Source of the DNA: an uncultured Cellvibrionaceae bacterium
GTDB taxonomy: Bacteria; Pseudomonadota; Gammaproteobacteria; Pseudomonadales; Cellvibrionaceae
DNA: 64,000 nt
Assembly: GCA_964499225.1 (NCBI GenBank)
Contig: CAZCJR010000003.1
Span: 42,340-106,339, forward strand
Direction of reading: 5' to 3'
Positions 1-10,806 of the stretch are shown piece by piece (position 1 is the stretch's first letter; the number at the start of each line of letters is the position of its first letter). Below the pieces are notes generated by a model. It was not told the DNA's origin. It saw only the letters and a program-made list of their open reading frames with translations, and did no database searches. The translations under genes and the position numbers were made by a program.

Positions 1-218
1 TTGCTTCAGGTACAATACCAATTTATTGGGGTACAAGAAGAATATCAGAATATTTTGATGATAATGGAATAATATATTTAGATGATAATTTTGATATTAG
101 TATGTTGACAGAAGAACTATATAAAAGTAAAATGAAATCAATAAAATATAATTTTGATAAAGTATTGGAATATGAAATACCAGAAGATTATATTTATAAA
201 AATTATATTAATGTATGA
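1..218 (+). CDS. 3' end of GT10 (alpha-1,3-fucosyltransferase-like) glycosyltransferase, truncated by window edge
   Basis: Frame from nt 3 reads ASGTIPIYWG...YINV*; GTIPIYWG is the GT10 C-terminal motif; TGA overlaps the next ATG. Confidence 0.7.
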   Translation, partial: ASGTIPIYWGTRRISEYFDDNGIIYLDDNFDISMLTEELYKSKMKSIKYNFDKVLEYEIPEDYIYKNYINV

Positions 219-970
219 ATTTTAAAGAACAAATGTCAAATAATATAAATGCTGATATAAAGTGGGAATTATTAGAATCATTATTTAATAAAAACTATAA
301 AAAATCCACAAATAATAAAATTCCAAAAATTATTCACCAAATTTGGTTAGGTGGTGAAATTCCAAAAATAAGTATAGAATTATCTAATAGAATGATGGAA
401 ATAAATTCTGATTGGGAATATAAATTATGGAATGAACAAGATATACAAGAAATTGGATTAAAAAATATAGAATTATATAATAATACACAAAATTACGGTT
501 CTAAGAGTGATATAGCTAGATATGAAATATTACAACGGTTTGGTGGCATATATATTGATACTGATTTTGAGTGTGTTAAATCTTTTAACGATCTATGTAA
601 CTTAGATTTTTTTGCTGGTAATGGTCATGTTGATACACCAGAATTATTTAATTCAATAATAGGTTCAGTACCAAATGGTAAAATTATAAATTCATTTGTT
701 GAAGGATTAAATGATGTAAAAAAATTCAATGAATATATAAATAATATTATGAATACTACTGGACCATATTATATAACAAGAACATATTTTGATAATACTA
801 CGATAGATGATAATAGTGTAATATTTCCTACTAAATTTTTCTTTCCTTTTCCAGCCGTATATAGACATACTGTTAGGAATTATTCTGAAATAGCCGAAAG
901 ATATGTTAAAACATTTATAAATGAAAATACATATTGTATTCATTTATGGCAGACTACTTGGCAAAAATAA
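215..970 (+). CDS. GT32 (OCH1-like, DxD) glycosyltransferase
   Basis: IPKIIHQIWLG, SDIARYEIL and GGIYIDTD motifs, plus TTGP. Confidence 0.9.
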   Translation: MNFKEQMSNNINADIKWELLESLFNKNYKKSTNNKIPKIIHQIWLGGEIPKISIELSNRMMEINSDWEYKLWNEQDIQEIGLKNIELYNNTQNYGSKSDIARYEILQRFGGIYIDTDFECVKSFNDLCNLDFFAGNGHVDTPELFNSIIGSVPNGKIINSFVEGLNDVKKFNEYINNIMNTTGPYYITRTYFDNTTIDDNSVIFPTKFFFPFPAVYRHTVRNYSEIAERYVKTFINENTYCIHLWQTTWQK

Positions 971-979
971 TAAAGAACA

Positions 980-1834
980 ATGATAAATACACCAAATCAA
1001 TTTATAGTTAAAACAAACCATACTTATCCACCAAATAATAATCAAATATTTGAGGAATATTTTTATGATTATTTCATTGAAAATAAAATAGAAACTGATA
1101 GAATATATTTACCAATTATGTGGACTAATTTATATTTAAGTAGGGGAAATGGTTCAGGTAATATGAATGACATACAAATATATTTAGATTCTTTAGATAG
1201 AAGAAAAAAATATTTTACATTATTACAATATGATGATGGTATATTACAAGATTTGAAAGATTTAGATATACAAGTTTTTTGTGCAGGTGGTGGTGGTCAA
1301 AAGATAGTTCCAGATAAAAATATAGGTTATCCTATTCCATTGATATGTCAACCTAAACCAAATATTAATAAAAATAGAGATCGAGATATATTATGTTCTT
1401 TTATTGGTGCAATAAAAGGAAGACATCAAGTAAGAGAAAGAATGAGAGATACTTTATCAAAAAGTGGATATTTAATAAAAGAATTGTCAGGTTATAATCA
1501 ATTTTCAGATGTACTTGAACGAAGTACATTTTCGTTATGTCCAAGAGGATATGGTTCAACATCATTTAGAATATGTGAATCTTTACAACATGGTAGTATT
1601 CCGATTTATATTTATGATAAAGATTGGACTCCATGGTATGATGAATTTAATTTTGAAGATATTGGTATAAAAATACATATTAATGATATTATGGACTTAC
1701 CAAAAATAATAAATAATATAACTTCTGAATCATTAAAATTGAAAAAAATAAATGCTGAACGGATATATAATGAATATTTTTCTTATGATGGATGTAGTAA
1801 AAAAATAATTGATAAACTTAATGGAATGGATTGA
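980..1834 (+). CDS. Exostosin-like (GT47) glycosyltransferase
   Basis: STFSLCPRGYGSTSFRICESLQHGSIPIYI. Confidence 0.85.
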   Translation: MINTPNQFIVKTNHTYPPNNNQIFEEYFYDYFIENKIETDRIYLPIMWTNLYLSRGNGSGNMNDIQIYLDSLDRRKKYFTLLQYDDGILQDLKDLDIQVFCAGGGGQKIVPDKNIGYPIPLICQPKPNINKNRDRDILCSFIGAIKGRHQVRERMRDTLSKSGYLIKELSGYNQFSDVLERSTFSLCPRGYGSTSFRICESLQHGSIPIYIYDKDWTPWYDEFNFEDIGIKIHINDIMDLPKIINNITSESLKLKKINAERIYNEYFSYDGCSKKIIDKLNGMD

Positions 1835-2429
1835 TGAGAAAATACTAAAGTATCTAAATTTTGATAATGGTATTTATATTGAATGTGGTGCAAATGATGG
1901 TATAAGACAAAGTAATACATATTTATTAGAAAATAGACAAAATTGGAATGGTATTTTAATAGACGCTTCAAAATCATCATTGGATAAATGTAAATTAAAT
2001 AGAAATGATAATAATTATTTTTTCAATTGTGCATTAGTATCATCAGATTATGATCTTGATTATGTTAGTGGAGATTTTGATGGTAATTTAATGTCTAGTG
2101 TTTTTGGTAAAAGATTAAATAGGAAATCCGATACTTTAGTAGAATCTAGAACATTGACATCTATATTAGATGAAGTAGGTGTTAAAAAAATAGATTTCTT
2201 TTCATTGGATGTTGAAGGATATGAGTTAAATGTTTTAAAAGGTTTAGATTTTAAAAAATATAAACCAACATATATTTTAATAGAAATATATGAAAAAGAT
2301 AAACAAGAAATAAATGAATATATGTTTGATAATGATTATGAATTGATATGTAATTTATCTGGATTTAATTTGGATAATAATCCTCATTGGGATGGTACAC
2401 ATAATGATTATTTATTTAAAATAAAATGA
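1821..2429 (+). CDS. FkbM-family SAM methyltransferase
   Basis: YIECGANDG and IDFFSLDVEGYELNVLKG; ATG at 1821 preferred over TTG at 1809. Confidence 0.9.
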   Translation: MEWIDEKILKYLNFDNGIYIECGANDGIRQSNTYLLENRQNWNGILIDASKSSLDKCKLNRNDNNYFFNCALVSSDYDLDYVSGDFDGNLMSSVFGKRLNRKSDTLVESRTLTSILDEVGVKKIDFFSLDVEGYELNVLKGLDFKKYKPTYILIEIYEKDKQEINEYMFDNDYELICNLSGFNLDNNPHWDGTHNDYLFKIK

Positions 2430-3088
2430 TTGATAAAATGATTGATAAAATTTATTTATTACACCATGAAGAGTATATTAATAGAGGTATTTTAATTAAA
2501 AATAGATTAAAAGAAGAAAATATTGAATTTGAAATAGTAACAAATTTTTCACCAGAAGAAATTAAACAACAATATGATAATTTAATAAATGATTATTGTA
2601 AGGATATTACAATAATACATCCATATGGTGAATATATAAATACACCAATTAAAATATCAATTGGTAGTTATAGTTTAATAAGGAAACATCTGTATTGTTT
2701 ACATGAACAAATAAAAAATAATTATGAAAATATTTTAATTTTAGAAGATGATGTTGATATACCAATAAATTTTAATCTTTATCTAGAAAATAATATGAGA
2801 GATTTTTTAGAATTAAAAAAGACCGAAAATGTTACAATGTTGATGATTGGTAAATCTCATAATTTTATATCTAAAAATTATAATCCTATTAAATTTGCAC
2901 ATTATAGTGTGAATCAAAAAACAAGGTGTACTCACGCATATATAACAAATATTGAAGCCACAAAAAAACTTGTAAGAAATTTTGAACCAATTAATTTACC
3001 AATAGATTTCAAATTAAATGAAATAATGCAAACAGAAAATATAAAAGTAGCTTGGTCTGAACCAGGTTTAATTCAAAAACCAATATAA
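2426..3088 (+). CDS. GT25 family glycosyltransferase
   Basis: ILILEDD and THAYI motifs. Confidence 0.75.
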   Translation: MIDKMIDKIYLLHHEEYINRGILIKNRLKEENIEFEIVTNFSPEEIKQQYDNLINDYCKDITIIHPYGEYINTPIKISIGSYSLIRKHLYCLHEQIKNNYENILILEDDVDIPINFNLYLENNMRDFLELKKTENVTMLMIGKSHNFISKNYNPIKFAHYSVNQKTRCTHAYITNIEATKKLVRNFEPINLPIDFKLNEIMQTENIKVAWSEPGLIQKPI

Positions 3089-3091
3089 AAA

Positions 3092-4018
3092 ATGAAAATT
3101 AAATTTATATCTTATTGTAATACAAATATAAATATTTATAATTTTATAAATGATATATGGAATCTTAATCACGAATATGATGATATACTAACATATGATG
3201 AAGATTTTACTCATTTAGTAATCTTAAACAAAGCTAATTTTAATTTTACTAAGGATAAAACATATGCAATTATATTAGAACCTTGTTGGTCACCTTATAT
3301 TGATATGAATCTTTCTAATAGAGTAAATAAAGTAATACATTATCAACCAGAAAAATTTAATACTGATAATGTTATTTTTTCACCATTATTAGGAACACAT
3401 AGATTATTTGATTGTCAATATCATGGTGAAATAATATTTAAAAAAAATAATACACAAGATATATTGAGTAATTTATATAATAAAAATAAAAAATTATCGA
3501 TTATTATAAATTATCATTATGATGTTCATAAAACCAAACAAGAACATCCAGAAACACGTTATTTAGAACGAGATAATTTAGTTAAAAAATTAATTGATAG
3601 TGATTTAGATTTTGATATGTATGGTCAAGATTGGTCTATTCATGATAGACGATATAAAGGATTTTTATCAAATAAATTACATGGATTAAAAGATTATGAA
3701 TATACTATTTCTTTAGAAAATTCATCCATTAGAGGTAATATAACAGAAAAATTAATTGATCCAATTTTATGTAATACTGTACCAATTTATAATGGACACA
3801 AATCAGTAGAGGAATTTTATCCGAATTGTTGTGAATATTTAGAATATGATGGTAACGAAATAAATAGAATTAAAGATATTATTAATAGTAATAAAACATT
3901 TAAAGATTATGATTTAGAAAATGCAAAAAATAAATATTTGAATATTTATAATCCGATAAAAATAATAAAAAATATAATAGAGAATGAAGATAACTGTATC
4001 AAAACATGTAATATTTAA
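3092..4018 (+). CDS. GT10 fucosyltransferase-like protein
   Basis: YEYTISLENS...ITEKLIDPILCNTVPIYNG. Confidence 0.85.
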   Translation: MKIKFISYCNTNINIYNFINDIWNLNHEYDDILTYDEDFTHLVILNKANFNFTKDKTYAIILEPCWSPYIDMNLSNRVNKVIHYQPEKFNTDNVIFSPLLGTHRLFDCQYHGEIIFKKNNTQDILSNLYNKNKKLSIIINYHYDVHKTKQEHPETRYLERDNLVKKLIDSDLDFDMYGQDWSIHDRRYKGFLSNKLHGLKDYEYTISLENSSIRGNITEKLIDPILCNTVPIYNGHKSVEEFYPNCCEYLEYDGNEINRIKDIINSNKTFKDYDLENAKNKYLNIYNPIKIIKNIIENEDNCIKTCNI

Positions 4019-4856
4019 TGTGTGTGAGCCACCATATTTAGTAAAATCACTTAATTATTTAAAAGAATTAAGTGATGATTATCACTTTATTATTAGTAGA
4101 ATAAATAATAAAGATGAAATAAATATAACTGAATCTTTGATAGAAATAGGTAAAAAAAATATACTAATATTATTATCAGATGAAGCAGGTATAATACCTC
4201 CAAATATAGATAAATATTTTTTAATTTTTAGAACATACGCAAGAAAATCATTGTTATCGGATAAAATTTATCCAATACCTTGTGGATTTTCTTGTAGTTA
4301 CGGTGGTTATTTTGGAAAAAATGATTGGATGTATGATGATATGGAAACACCAAAAACTAATCTTGTCGATAGAGAATATGATATATTTTATTCTGGTCAG
4401 ATATCACCAAACAGAATATCTTTTATAAATAAAATAAATAGTATTAAGAATAATTTTAATAGTAATATAAATTTAACGACTGGTTTCGCATCAGGTTTTC
4501 AATTAAATGATTATTATTCTATGATGCAAAATTCTAAAATCGCATTAGTTCCAAATGGTGCTGTTGTACCGGAATCATTTAGATATTTTGAAGCTGTTGA
4601 ATCAAATTGTATAATAATAACATCATATCCAATAAAAAATGATGAATATAATCATTGGTTTTATGATGGTTCACCAGCAATTTTCTTAAATGATTGGGAA
4701 GAATTGAGTATTGAGTTAATAGAATCTTTATTAAAAAAAGAAAAATTGGAAGAATATAATATAAAAAATAGAGAATATTTTGATAATAACATTTCAACTA
4801 AATCATTATCAAAATATATATTGAATATAATATATAAAAATAATGAAAAAATATGA
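3984..4856 (+). CDS. Exostosin-like (GT47) glycosyltransferase
   Basis: YDIFYSGQ and SKIALVPNG...SFRYFEAVESNCIII. Confidence 0.75.
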   Translation: MKITVSKHVIFNVCEPPYLVKSLNYLKELSDDYHFIISRINNKDEINITESLIEIGKKNILILLSDEAGIIPPNIDKYFLIFRTYARKSLLSDKIYPIPCGFSCSYGGYFGKNDWMYDDMETPKTNLVDREYDIFYSGQISPNRISFINKINSIKNNFNSNINLTTGFASGFQLNDYYSMMQNSKIALVPNGAVVPESFRYFEAVESNCIIITSYPIKNDEYNHWFYDGSPAIFLNDWEELSIELIESLLKKEKLEEYNIKNREYFDNNISTKSLSKYILNIIYKNNEKI

Positions 4857-6337
4857 AATGTTATGTAACAAATGTAGTAACTTCAGATGGTTACGGTTCA
4901 AAATTAGGTAGAATACTAAATTTAATGTATTTTACATTTTATGCTAAAGAAAAATATAATGTTGATATAGAGTTTTTATATTCGCCTTTAGATTATGAAG
5001 GATTTGGTGTAAAACTTTATGGTGATAAAGAAATAGCTTGTTATTATACAAGTAGAGAATCTTATATAGAAAGAGCTAAACAATGGGAAAATAAATTAAA
5101 ATATAATGGATTAAAAATTACTGATGTTGATATAAAAACATTGAAACTTATGTATAATGTAAATTATGATACATTAATAGAACATTTAATATCTAATAAT
5201 TACGATAATAGATTATTTGTTATTAATACGTTATTTGCAACTTTACCTAATTCAAAATATAATAGTGAAATAGAAAATCTCTTTAAATATAAGGATGAAG
5301 TAATTAAAAAATTTGATATGGTTAATCCATTTAAAAATAATAAGATCAACATATCATTACATATGAGAAGAAATAACGTAACTTCAACAAGTTATTTAAA
5401 TGAAAGATGGTTATCAGATGAATATTATTTAGATATAATAAAAATTATAGAATCTAAATTAAAAAAAGAAGATTATGAATTGACTATTTATACACAAACA
5501 AATAATTTTAATGTTGAAAAATTTAAAAAATATAATATTGTATATGATCAAACATCAGAAGATTATGATTGTTTTATGAATTTCGTATTTTCTGATATAT
5601 TAGTACTTGGTATAAGTAGTTTCAGTCTTACTGCGACATATATTTCAAAAAATATAGCAATAAATCCACCAACTAATTTATGGTTAAAACAAAAATCTTG
5701 GATAGAAACAAAGGATTTAGAAAAAACAATAGAATTAATGAGTGATATTCATACAGAAAACTTGATAAATAATTTATATAATAATAGTCATAAATTACAA
5801 ACAAAACAAGAATTCATAAATATTAAAAAATTATTAGTATTAACAAATGATATTGATGGTGATGTTGTTGAAGTTGGAGTATGTCAAGGTGACTCTGCAT
5901 TATTGATAAAAAATTTTATGAATAATGATAAAAAATTATATTTATTTGATACGTTTGATGGTATACAAGATGTTGGTGAATTTGATGGTACTTCACTAAC
6001 AAATAATTCATTTGTCGCATCATATGATACCGTGAAGATGAAATTTAAATATAAAAATGTACGAATTTATAAAGGATATTTTCCTGATTGTGTTCATATA
6101 AAATTTGGAGAAAAAAAATTTTCTTTTATTCATTTAGACGTTGATACTTACCAATCAACTAAAAATTGTTTAAATTATTTTTATGATAGAATGGTCGTGG
6201 GTGGAATAATATTGACACATGATTATACGAATCCGAGTGCAATAGGTGTACAAAAAGCATTTGATGAATTTTTCGAAAATAAAAAAGAAAAAATAATTAA
6301 ATTAGTTGATTCACAATCAATGATAATAAAAATATAA
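4853..6337 (+). CDS. Fusion: GT11/GT23-like glycosyltransferase domain + TylF/MycF-type O-methyltransferase
   Basis: N-half has ISLHMRR and SDILVLGISSFS; C-half has DGDVVEVGVCQGDS, LYLFDTFDG, FIHLDVDTYQST and GGIILTHDY. Confidence 0.75.
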   Translation: MKCYVTNVVTSDGYGSKLGRILNLMYFTFYAKEKYNVDIEFLYSPLDYEGFGVKLYGDKEIACYYTSRESYIERAKQWENKLKYNGLKITDVDIKTLKLMYNVNYDTLIEHLISNNYDNRLFVINTLFATLPNSKYNSEIENLFKYKDEVIKKFDMVNPFKNNKINISLHMRRNNVTSTSYLNERWLSDEYYLDIIKIIESKLKKEDYELTIYTQTNNFNVEKFKKYNIVYDQTSEDYDCFMNFVFSDILVLGISSFSLTATYISKNIAINPPTNLWLKQKSWIETKDLEKTIELMSDIHTENLINNLYNNSHKLQTKQEFINIKKLLVLTNDIDGDVVEVGVCQGDSALLIKNFMNNDKKLYLFDTFDGIQDVGEFDGTSLTNNSFVASYDTVKMKFKYKNVRIYKGYFPDCVHIKFGEKKFSFIHLDVDTYQSTKNCLNYFYDRMVVGGIILTHDYTNPSAIGVQKAFDEFFENKKEKIIKLVDSQSMIIKI

Positions 6338-6344
6338 AAAAAAT

Positions 6345-7304
6345 ATGAAAGATTTAAAAGTTCATTTTGCTAATTGGTATGATCCATTTATACCAAATTC
6401 ATCTAAAAATAATATATTTACATATTTACTTGGCAAGAATTTTAATGTAATTTTGGATAATATTAATCCAGATGTAGTTTTTTATGGTTTGGGTAATTAT
6501 GTACCGAATTTCCCAAGTAATTGTATAAAAATATATGTTACTGGTGAACCAGGTAGTGTTAATACATTACTTCATAATGAAAATATTCCGGATAGACATT
6601 ATTTACATATGAAAGAAGCTAATCATATTATATCATCATATCACTATACAAATAGGCAAAATTATACCTATTTTCCAATAGGTTTAATATGGCTTTATCA
6701 TCATTTATATATTTATAAATTTAATGATTTTCAAAATTCATTTGAAGATTTAATAAAAAGAAAAGAATTTACTGTTGATGATATAAAAAATAAAAAATTT
6801 TGTGTATATATGCACTGGCAAGTCGCAGCCGAAAAAAGAAATATTATACTGAAAAAATTAAGTGAATATAAAAAAGTAGATATTGTTAATTGTCCAATGG
6901 GTCATATTAATAAATTAAATGTATTTAAAGATTATAAATTTTCATTTGCATTTATGAATCATTTTTGGAAATATTCAAAATCTGAAAACGCTAAAATTCC
7001 AGGACTTATAGATGAGAAAATATTCGATTCTTATATTGCTAATACGGTTCCGTTATTTTATGGTAATGCCGAAATAGGAGATTATCTTAATAGTAAATGT
7101 TTTTTGAATTGGCATGATTATGATGATTTAAATATAAAAAGTGAAAATAGTTTTCTTGAAGCCGATGAAAAATTCATAGAAAAAATAATAGAATTAGATA
7201 ACAATGATGAATTATATTTAGAATATTTAAATAATAATTTTATATACAGTGTAGATGATTTATTATTAAATGATTTGTCTGAAAAATTAAAAAATATAAT
7301 ATAA
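6345..7304 (+). CDS. GT10 alpha-1,3-fucosyltransferase-like protein
   Basis: NPDVVFY, TGEP, YKFSFAF and DEKIFDSYIANTVPLFYG. Confidence 0.85.
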   Translation: MKDLKVHFANWYDPFIPNSSKNNIFTYLLGKNFNVILDNINPDVVFYGLGNYVPNFPSNCIKIYVTGEPGSVNTLLHNENIPDRHYLHMKEANHIISSYHYTNRQNYTYFPIGLIWLYHHLYIYKFNDFQNSFEDLIKRKEFTVDDIKNKKFCVYMHWQVAAEKRNIILKKLSEYKKVDIVNCPMGHINKLNVFKDYKFSFAFMNHFWKYSKSENAKIPGLIDEKIFDSYIANTVPLFYGNAEIGDYLNSKCFLNWHDYDDLNIKSENSFLEADEKFIEKIIELDNNDELYLEYLNNNFIYSVDDLLLNDLSEKLKNII

Positions 7305-8023
7305 TGAAAAAATTAATTAAAAAAATTATAGAATTATCATATGATAAAAAGGAAGGTCATATTGCTAGTTCTCTTTCAATATTGGATTTGTTATATGTTT
7401 TTTATGATAATATGTCAGAAAATAATAAACTTATATTGAGTAAAGGTCATGCTTCTTTGGGTTTATATGTTATATTAGATCATTTTGGTTTATTGGACTA
7501 TAATTTAAACGAATTTTGTGATTTTGATGGTCGTATTGGTGGTCATCCTTCAGATAGAATTAAAAATGTAGAAGCTTCAACAGGTTCATTGGGACATGGT
7601 TTACCAATAGGAGTTGGTATATCTTTAGGAAATAAAATAAATAATAATGATAGTAAAACATTTATAATTATTGGTGATGGTGAATCTAATGAAGGAACGA
7701 CTTGGGAATCAGCTATGTTGGCATCTGAACATAAATTAAATAATATTTGTTGTATTATGGATTATAATCATTCTGGTGATAGAGCCTTAAAAATAGATGA
7801 TGTTATGGAAAAATTTAAATCTTTTGGTTGGTGTTGTTTAGAAATAAATGGACACGATCATAATGAAATAATAAAATCTATGAATGTAAAGAGTGATAAA
7901 CCAATATTCATATTAGCTAATACTATCAAAGGTAATGGTGTGAAAATGATGGAAAATAATCCTGAATGGCATCATAAATTTCCAACTATAGAAGAGTATG
8001 AAGAAATAATTAATAATTTATGA
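7304..8023 (+). CDS. Transketolase, N-terminal (ThDP-binding) subunit
   Basis: LILSKGHA, GHP, STGSLGHG, GDGE...N ThDP motif and TIKG. Confidence 0.95.
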   Translation: MKKLIKKIIELSYDKKEGHIASSLSILDLLYVFYDNMSENNKLILSKGHASLGLYVILDHFGLLDYNLNEFCDFDGRIGGHPSDRIKNVEASTGSLGHGLPIGVGISLGNKINNNDSKTFIIIGDGESNEGTTWESAMLASEHKLNNICCIMDYNHSGDRALKIDDVMEKFKSFGWCCLEINGHDHNEIIKSMNVKSDKPIFILANTIKGNGVKMMENNPEWHHKFPTIEEYEEIINNL

Positions 8024-8895
8024 GAAAACAATTAACAAAAACTGTAGAAAATATATTAAGTTTTGATGATAAGACAGTATTATTATTGTGTGATATTGGT
8101 GTATTTGGTTTTAGAAATGCTTTTAAAAATAATATAAATAGAGTCTATAATATTGGTATATTGGAACAATCTACAATAGGTGTAGCTGCAGGTTTAACAA
8201 AAACAGGATTTATACCAATTGTTCATACGATAGCACCATTTTTGGTTGAGAGAGCCTATGAACAATTAAAAATAGATTTTGGTTATCAGAAATTAAACGG
8301 TAATTTCATATCCGTAGGTTCATCATATGATTATGCTGCATTAGGACCAACACATCATTGTCCTGGTGATGTATCAATATTAAAAAATATTCCAAATATG
8401 CAAATTGTAGTGCCTGGAAGTTCTATTGAATTTGATAAATTATTTAATGATAGTTATAATAATGGTTATCCAACCTATTATAGGTTGAGTGAATATGAAA
8501 ATGATGAAAGTGTGAATGTAGAATTTGGTAAATCCAATGTGATAAAAAAAGGAAAAACTGCTACAATATTATGTGTTGGTAATATGTTGAGTGTTGTACT
8601 TGATGCAACAGAAGATTTAGATGTGACCATATTGTATTATACAACTATATCACCATTTGATTCGGAAACATTATCTAATAATTTCAATGAGAATATAATA
8701 TTATGTGAACCATATTATGAAGGATGTTTAAATTATGAAGTTAATAAAGTTTTTTCTGATAAATCACATCGGATATTAAATATTGGTGTACCACACAAAT
8801 TTCTTACAAATTATGGTAAGAAAGAAGAACATGATGTTGATTTGGGACTTGATAAAAATTCTATATATAATAAAATAAAAAAGTTTTTATGTTGA
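8020..8895 (+). CDS. Transketolase, C-terminal (pyrimidine-binding) subunit
   Basis: NIGILEQ, RAYEQ, GPTHH and YYRL. Confidence 0.95.
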   Translation: MRKQLTKTVENILSFDDKTVLLLCDIGVFGFRNAFKNNINRVYNIGILEQSTIGVAAGLTKTGFIPIVHTIAPFLVERAYEQLKIDFGYQKLNGNFISVGSSYDYAALGPTHHCPGDVSILKNIPNMQIVVPGSSIEFDKLFNDSYNNGYPTYYRLSEYENDESVNVEFGKSNVIKKGKTATILCVGNMLSVVLDATEDLDVTILYYTTISPFDSETLSNNFNENIILCEPYYEGCLNYEVNKVFSDKSHRILNIGVPHKFLTNYGKKEEHDVDLGLDKNSIYNKIKKFLC

Positions 8896-9887
8896 ATATA
8901 ATACATAATGATATAAATAATATTGATATAGATTTAAGTAAAATGAAAAATAAATCAGTTTTGATAACTGGTGCATCTGGACTTATCGGTCTGTATATGT
9001 TGGCTGTATTAAAAAGAAAACAAAAAGAATATAATATTTCTATTTATACAATAAATAGAAATAAAATAAATGATATATATTTACCATTATTTGAAGATTG
9101 TTATAGAATAATAGCCGATATAACAGATAATTCAATTTATGAAACATTACCAAAATTTGATTATATTATACATGCAGCAGGTTATGGTCAACCAGGTAAA
9201 TTTATGTTAGATAAAATAAAAACTATAAAATTAAATACTACATCAACAATAAAATTATTAGAAAAGTTAAATATTGATGGTACATTTTTATTTGTTAGTA
9301 CTAGTGAATTATATAGTGGTTTAGAATTGTATAATATAACAGAAAATGAAATAGGTAATACAAATACAAATCATCCAAGATCTTGTTATATTGAAGGTAA
9401 AAGATGTGGTGAATCAATATGTCATTCATATATCGAAAATGGTGTAGATGTAAAAATTGCTAGATTAAGTTTAGCATATGGTCCTGGTACACAAATAGGT
9501 GATGCGAGAGTATTGAATTCATTAATTGAAAAAGGTATAAAAAATACTGAAATAAAATTAATGGATGGTGGACAAGCAATAAGAACATATTGCTATATAA
9601 CAGACACCATTGAAATGTTTTTAAATATTTTATTATTTGGAAAAGAACATACATATAATGTAGGTGGTAAATCTACTACAACAATATTGGATTTAGCTAA
9701 TATGATCGCTTATAAATTAAATAAAAAAGTAATAACACCAACTATTGTAGAAGAATTAGTCGGCAATCCAAAAATAGTTAATATATCAATTGATAAATAT
9801 ATAAATGAATTTGATAAAATAAGTTTTATATCATTGAATGATGGATTGGATAATACCATAAAATGGCAAAAAAAATTATATAAATGA
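8889..9887 (+). CDS. NAD-dependent epimerase/dehydratase (UDP-glucuronate decarboxylase-like extended SDR)
   Basis: ITGASGLIG, STSELY and RSCYIEGKRCGE (YxxxK). Confidence 0.85.
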   Translation: MLNIIHNDINNIDIDLSKMKNKSVLITGASGLIGLYMLAVLKRKQKEYNISIYTINRNKINDIYLPLFEDCYRIIADITDNSIYETLPKFDYIIHAAGYGQPGKFMLDKIKTIKLNTTSTIKLLEKLNIDGTFLFVSTSELYSGLELYNITENEIGNTNTNHPRSCYIEGKRCGESICHSYIENGVDVKIARLSLAYGPGTQIGDARVLNSLIEKGIKNTEIKLMDGGQAIRTYCYITDTIEMFLNILLFGKEHTYNVGGKSTTTILDLANMIAYKLNKKVITPTIVEELVGNPKIVNISIDKYINEFDKISFISLNDGLDNTIKWQKKLYK

Positions 9888-10798
9888 TGAATATAGTAGT
9901 AGATGATATTGAAAAAATATTAGGTTTTGAGTTAGAACAAAATATTAAAGATAGAATAATAAAATTTGATTTAGAATATGAATCTTTATCAAAAGATGAA
10001 AGAGATAGTTATTTATTGAATGTGTTAAATGTTTTATTAAATGACATAACTAAAAGTGGTAAACATAGAATAAATGAGTGGGAAAATGGTTGGAATCAAA
10101 ATTTAGAATTGTTTAAAGAAACAAAAAATATAGAAGATTTAATACCTAAATATCATGGTAAGAAGGATATTGTTAGATGGATGGGTGATGTAATAAAACC
10201 AATTACTGAAAATTTTGATTATAAGATACATATAATTATAGTTGATGCAATAATTCAATATTATTTAGGTGATATGTCAAATATTATTGAATTTGGATGT
10301 GGACCAGCTTATCATTTAATTAGACTTAATGAATATAAAAAAGATATAAAATTGTATGGTTCTGATTGGACTAAAACTTCACAAAACATAATAAATGATG
10401 TCAATGATGTTTTGGGTACAGATATAACACCATTTAATTTTGATTTTTTTAATCCTGATTATAATTTTAATATTCCAAAAAATAGTGGTGTATATACAGT
10501 TGCAGCTTTAGAACAAATAGGAGATAATATAGAGCCTTATATTAATTATTTGTTAGAGAATAAGCCAGAATTATGTGTCCATATGGAACCAATAGATGAA
10601 TTATTGGATGATGAATCATTGATAGATAAATTGTCAATATTATATTTTAGAAAACGAAATTATTTAAATGGATTTTTGCCATATTTAGAAAAATTAGAAA
10701 AAGAAAATAAAATTGAAATTATAAAAAAACAAAGAATTTATAGTGGTTCTTATTTTATCGAAGGACATTCTCTAATTGTTTGGAGACCAAAAAAATAA
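9884..10798 (+). CDS. Putative class I SAM-dependent methyltransferase
   Basis: IIEFGCGPAYH (motif I); glycan-island context. Confidence 0.6.
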   Translation: MMNIVVDDIEKILGFELEQNIKDRIIKFDLEYESLSKDERDSYLLNVLNVLLNDITKSGKHRINEWENGWNQNLELFKETKNIEDLIPKYHGKKDIVRWMGDVIKPITENFDYKIHIIIVDAIIQYYLGDMSNIIEFGCGPAYHLIRLNEYKKDIKLYGSDWTKTSQNIINDVNDVLGTDITPFNFDFFNPDYNFNIPKNSGVYTVAALEQIGDNIEPYINYLLENKPELCVHMEPIDELLDDESLIDKLSILYFRKRNYLNGFLPYLEKLEKENKIEIIKKQRIYSGSYFIEGHSLIVWRPKK

Positions 10799-10806
10799 AA
10801 AATAAA

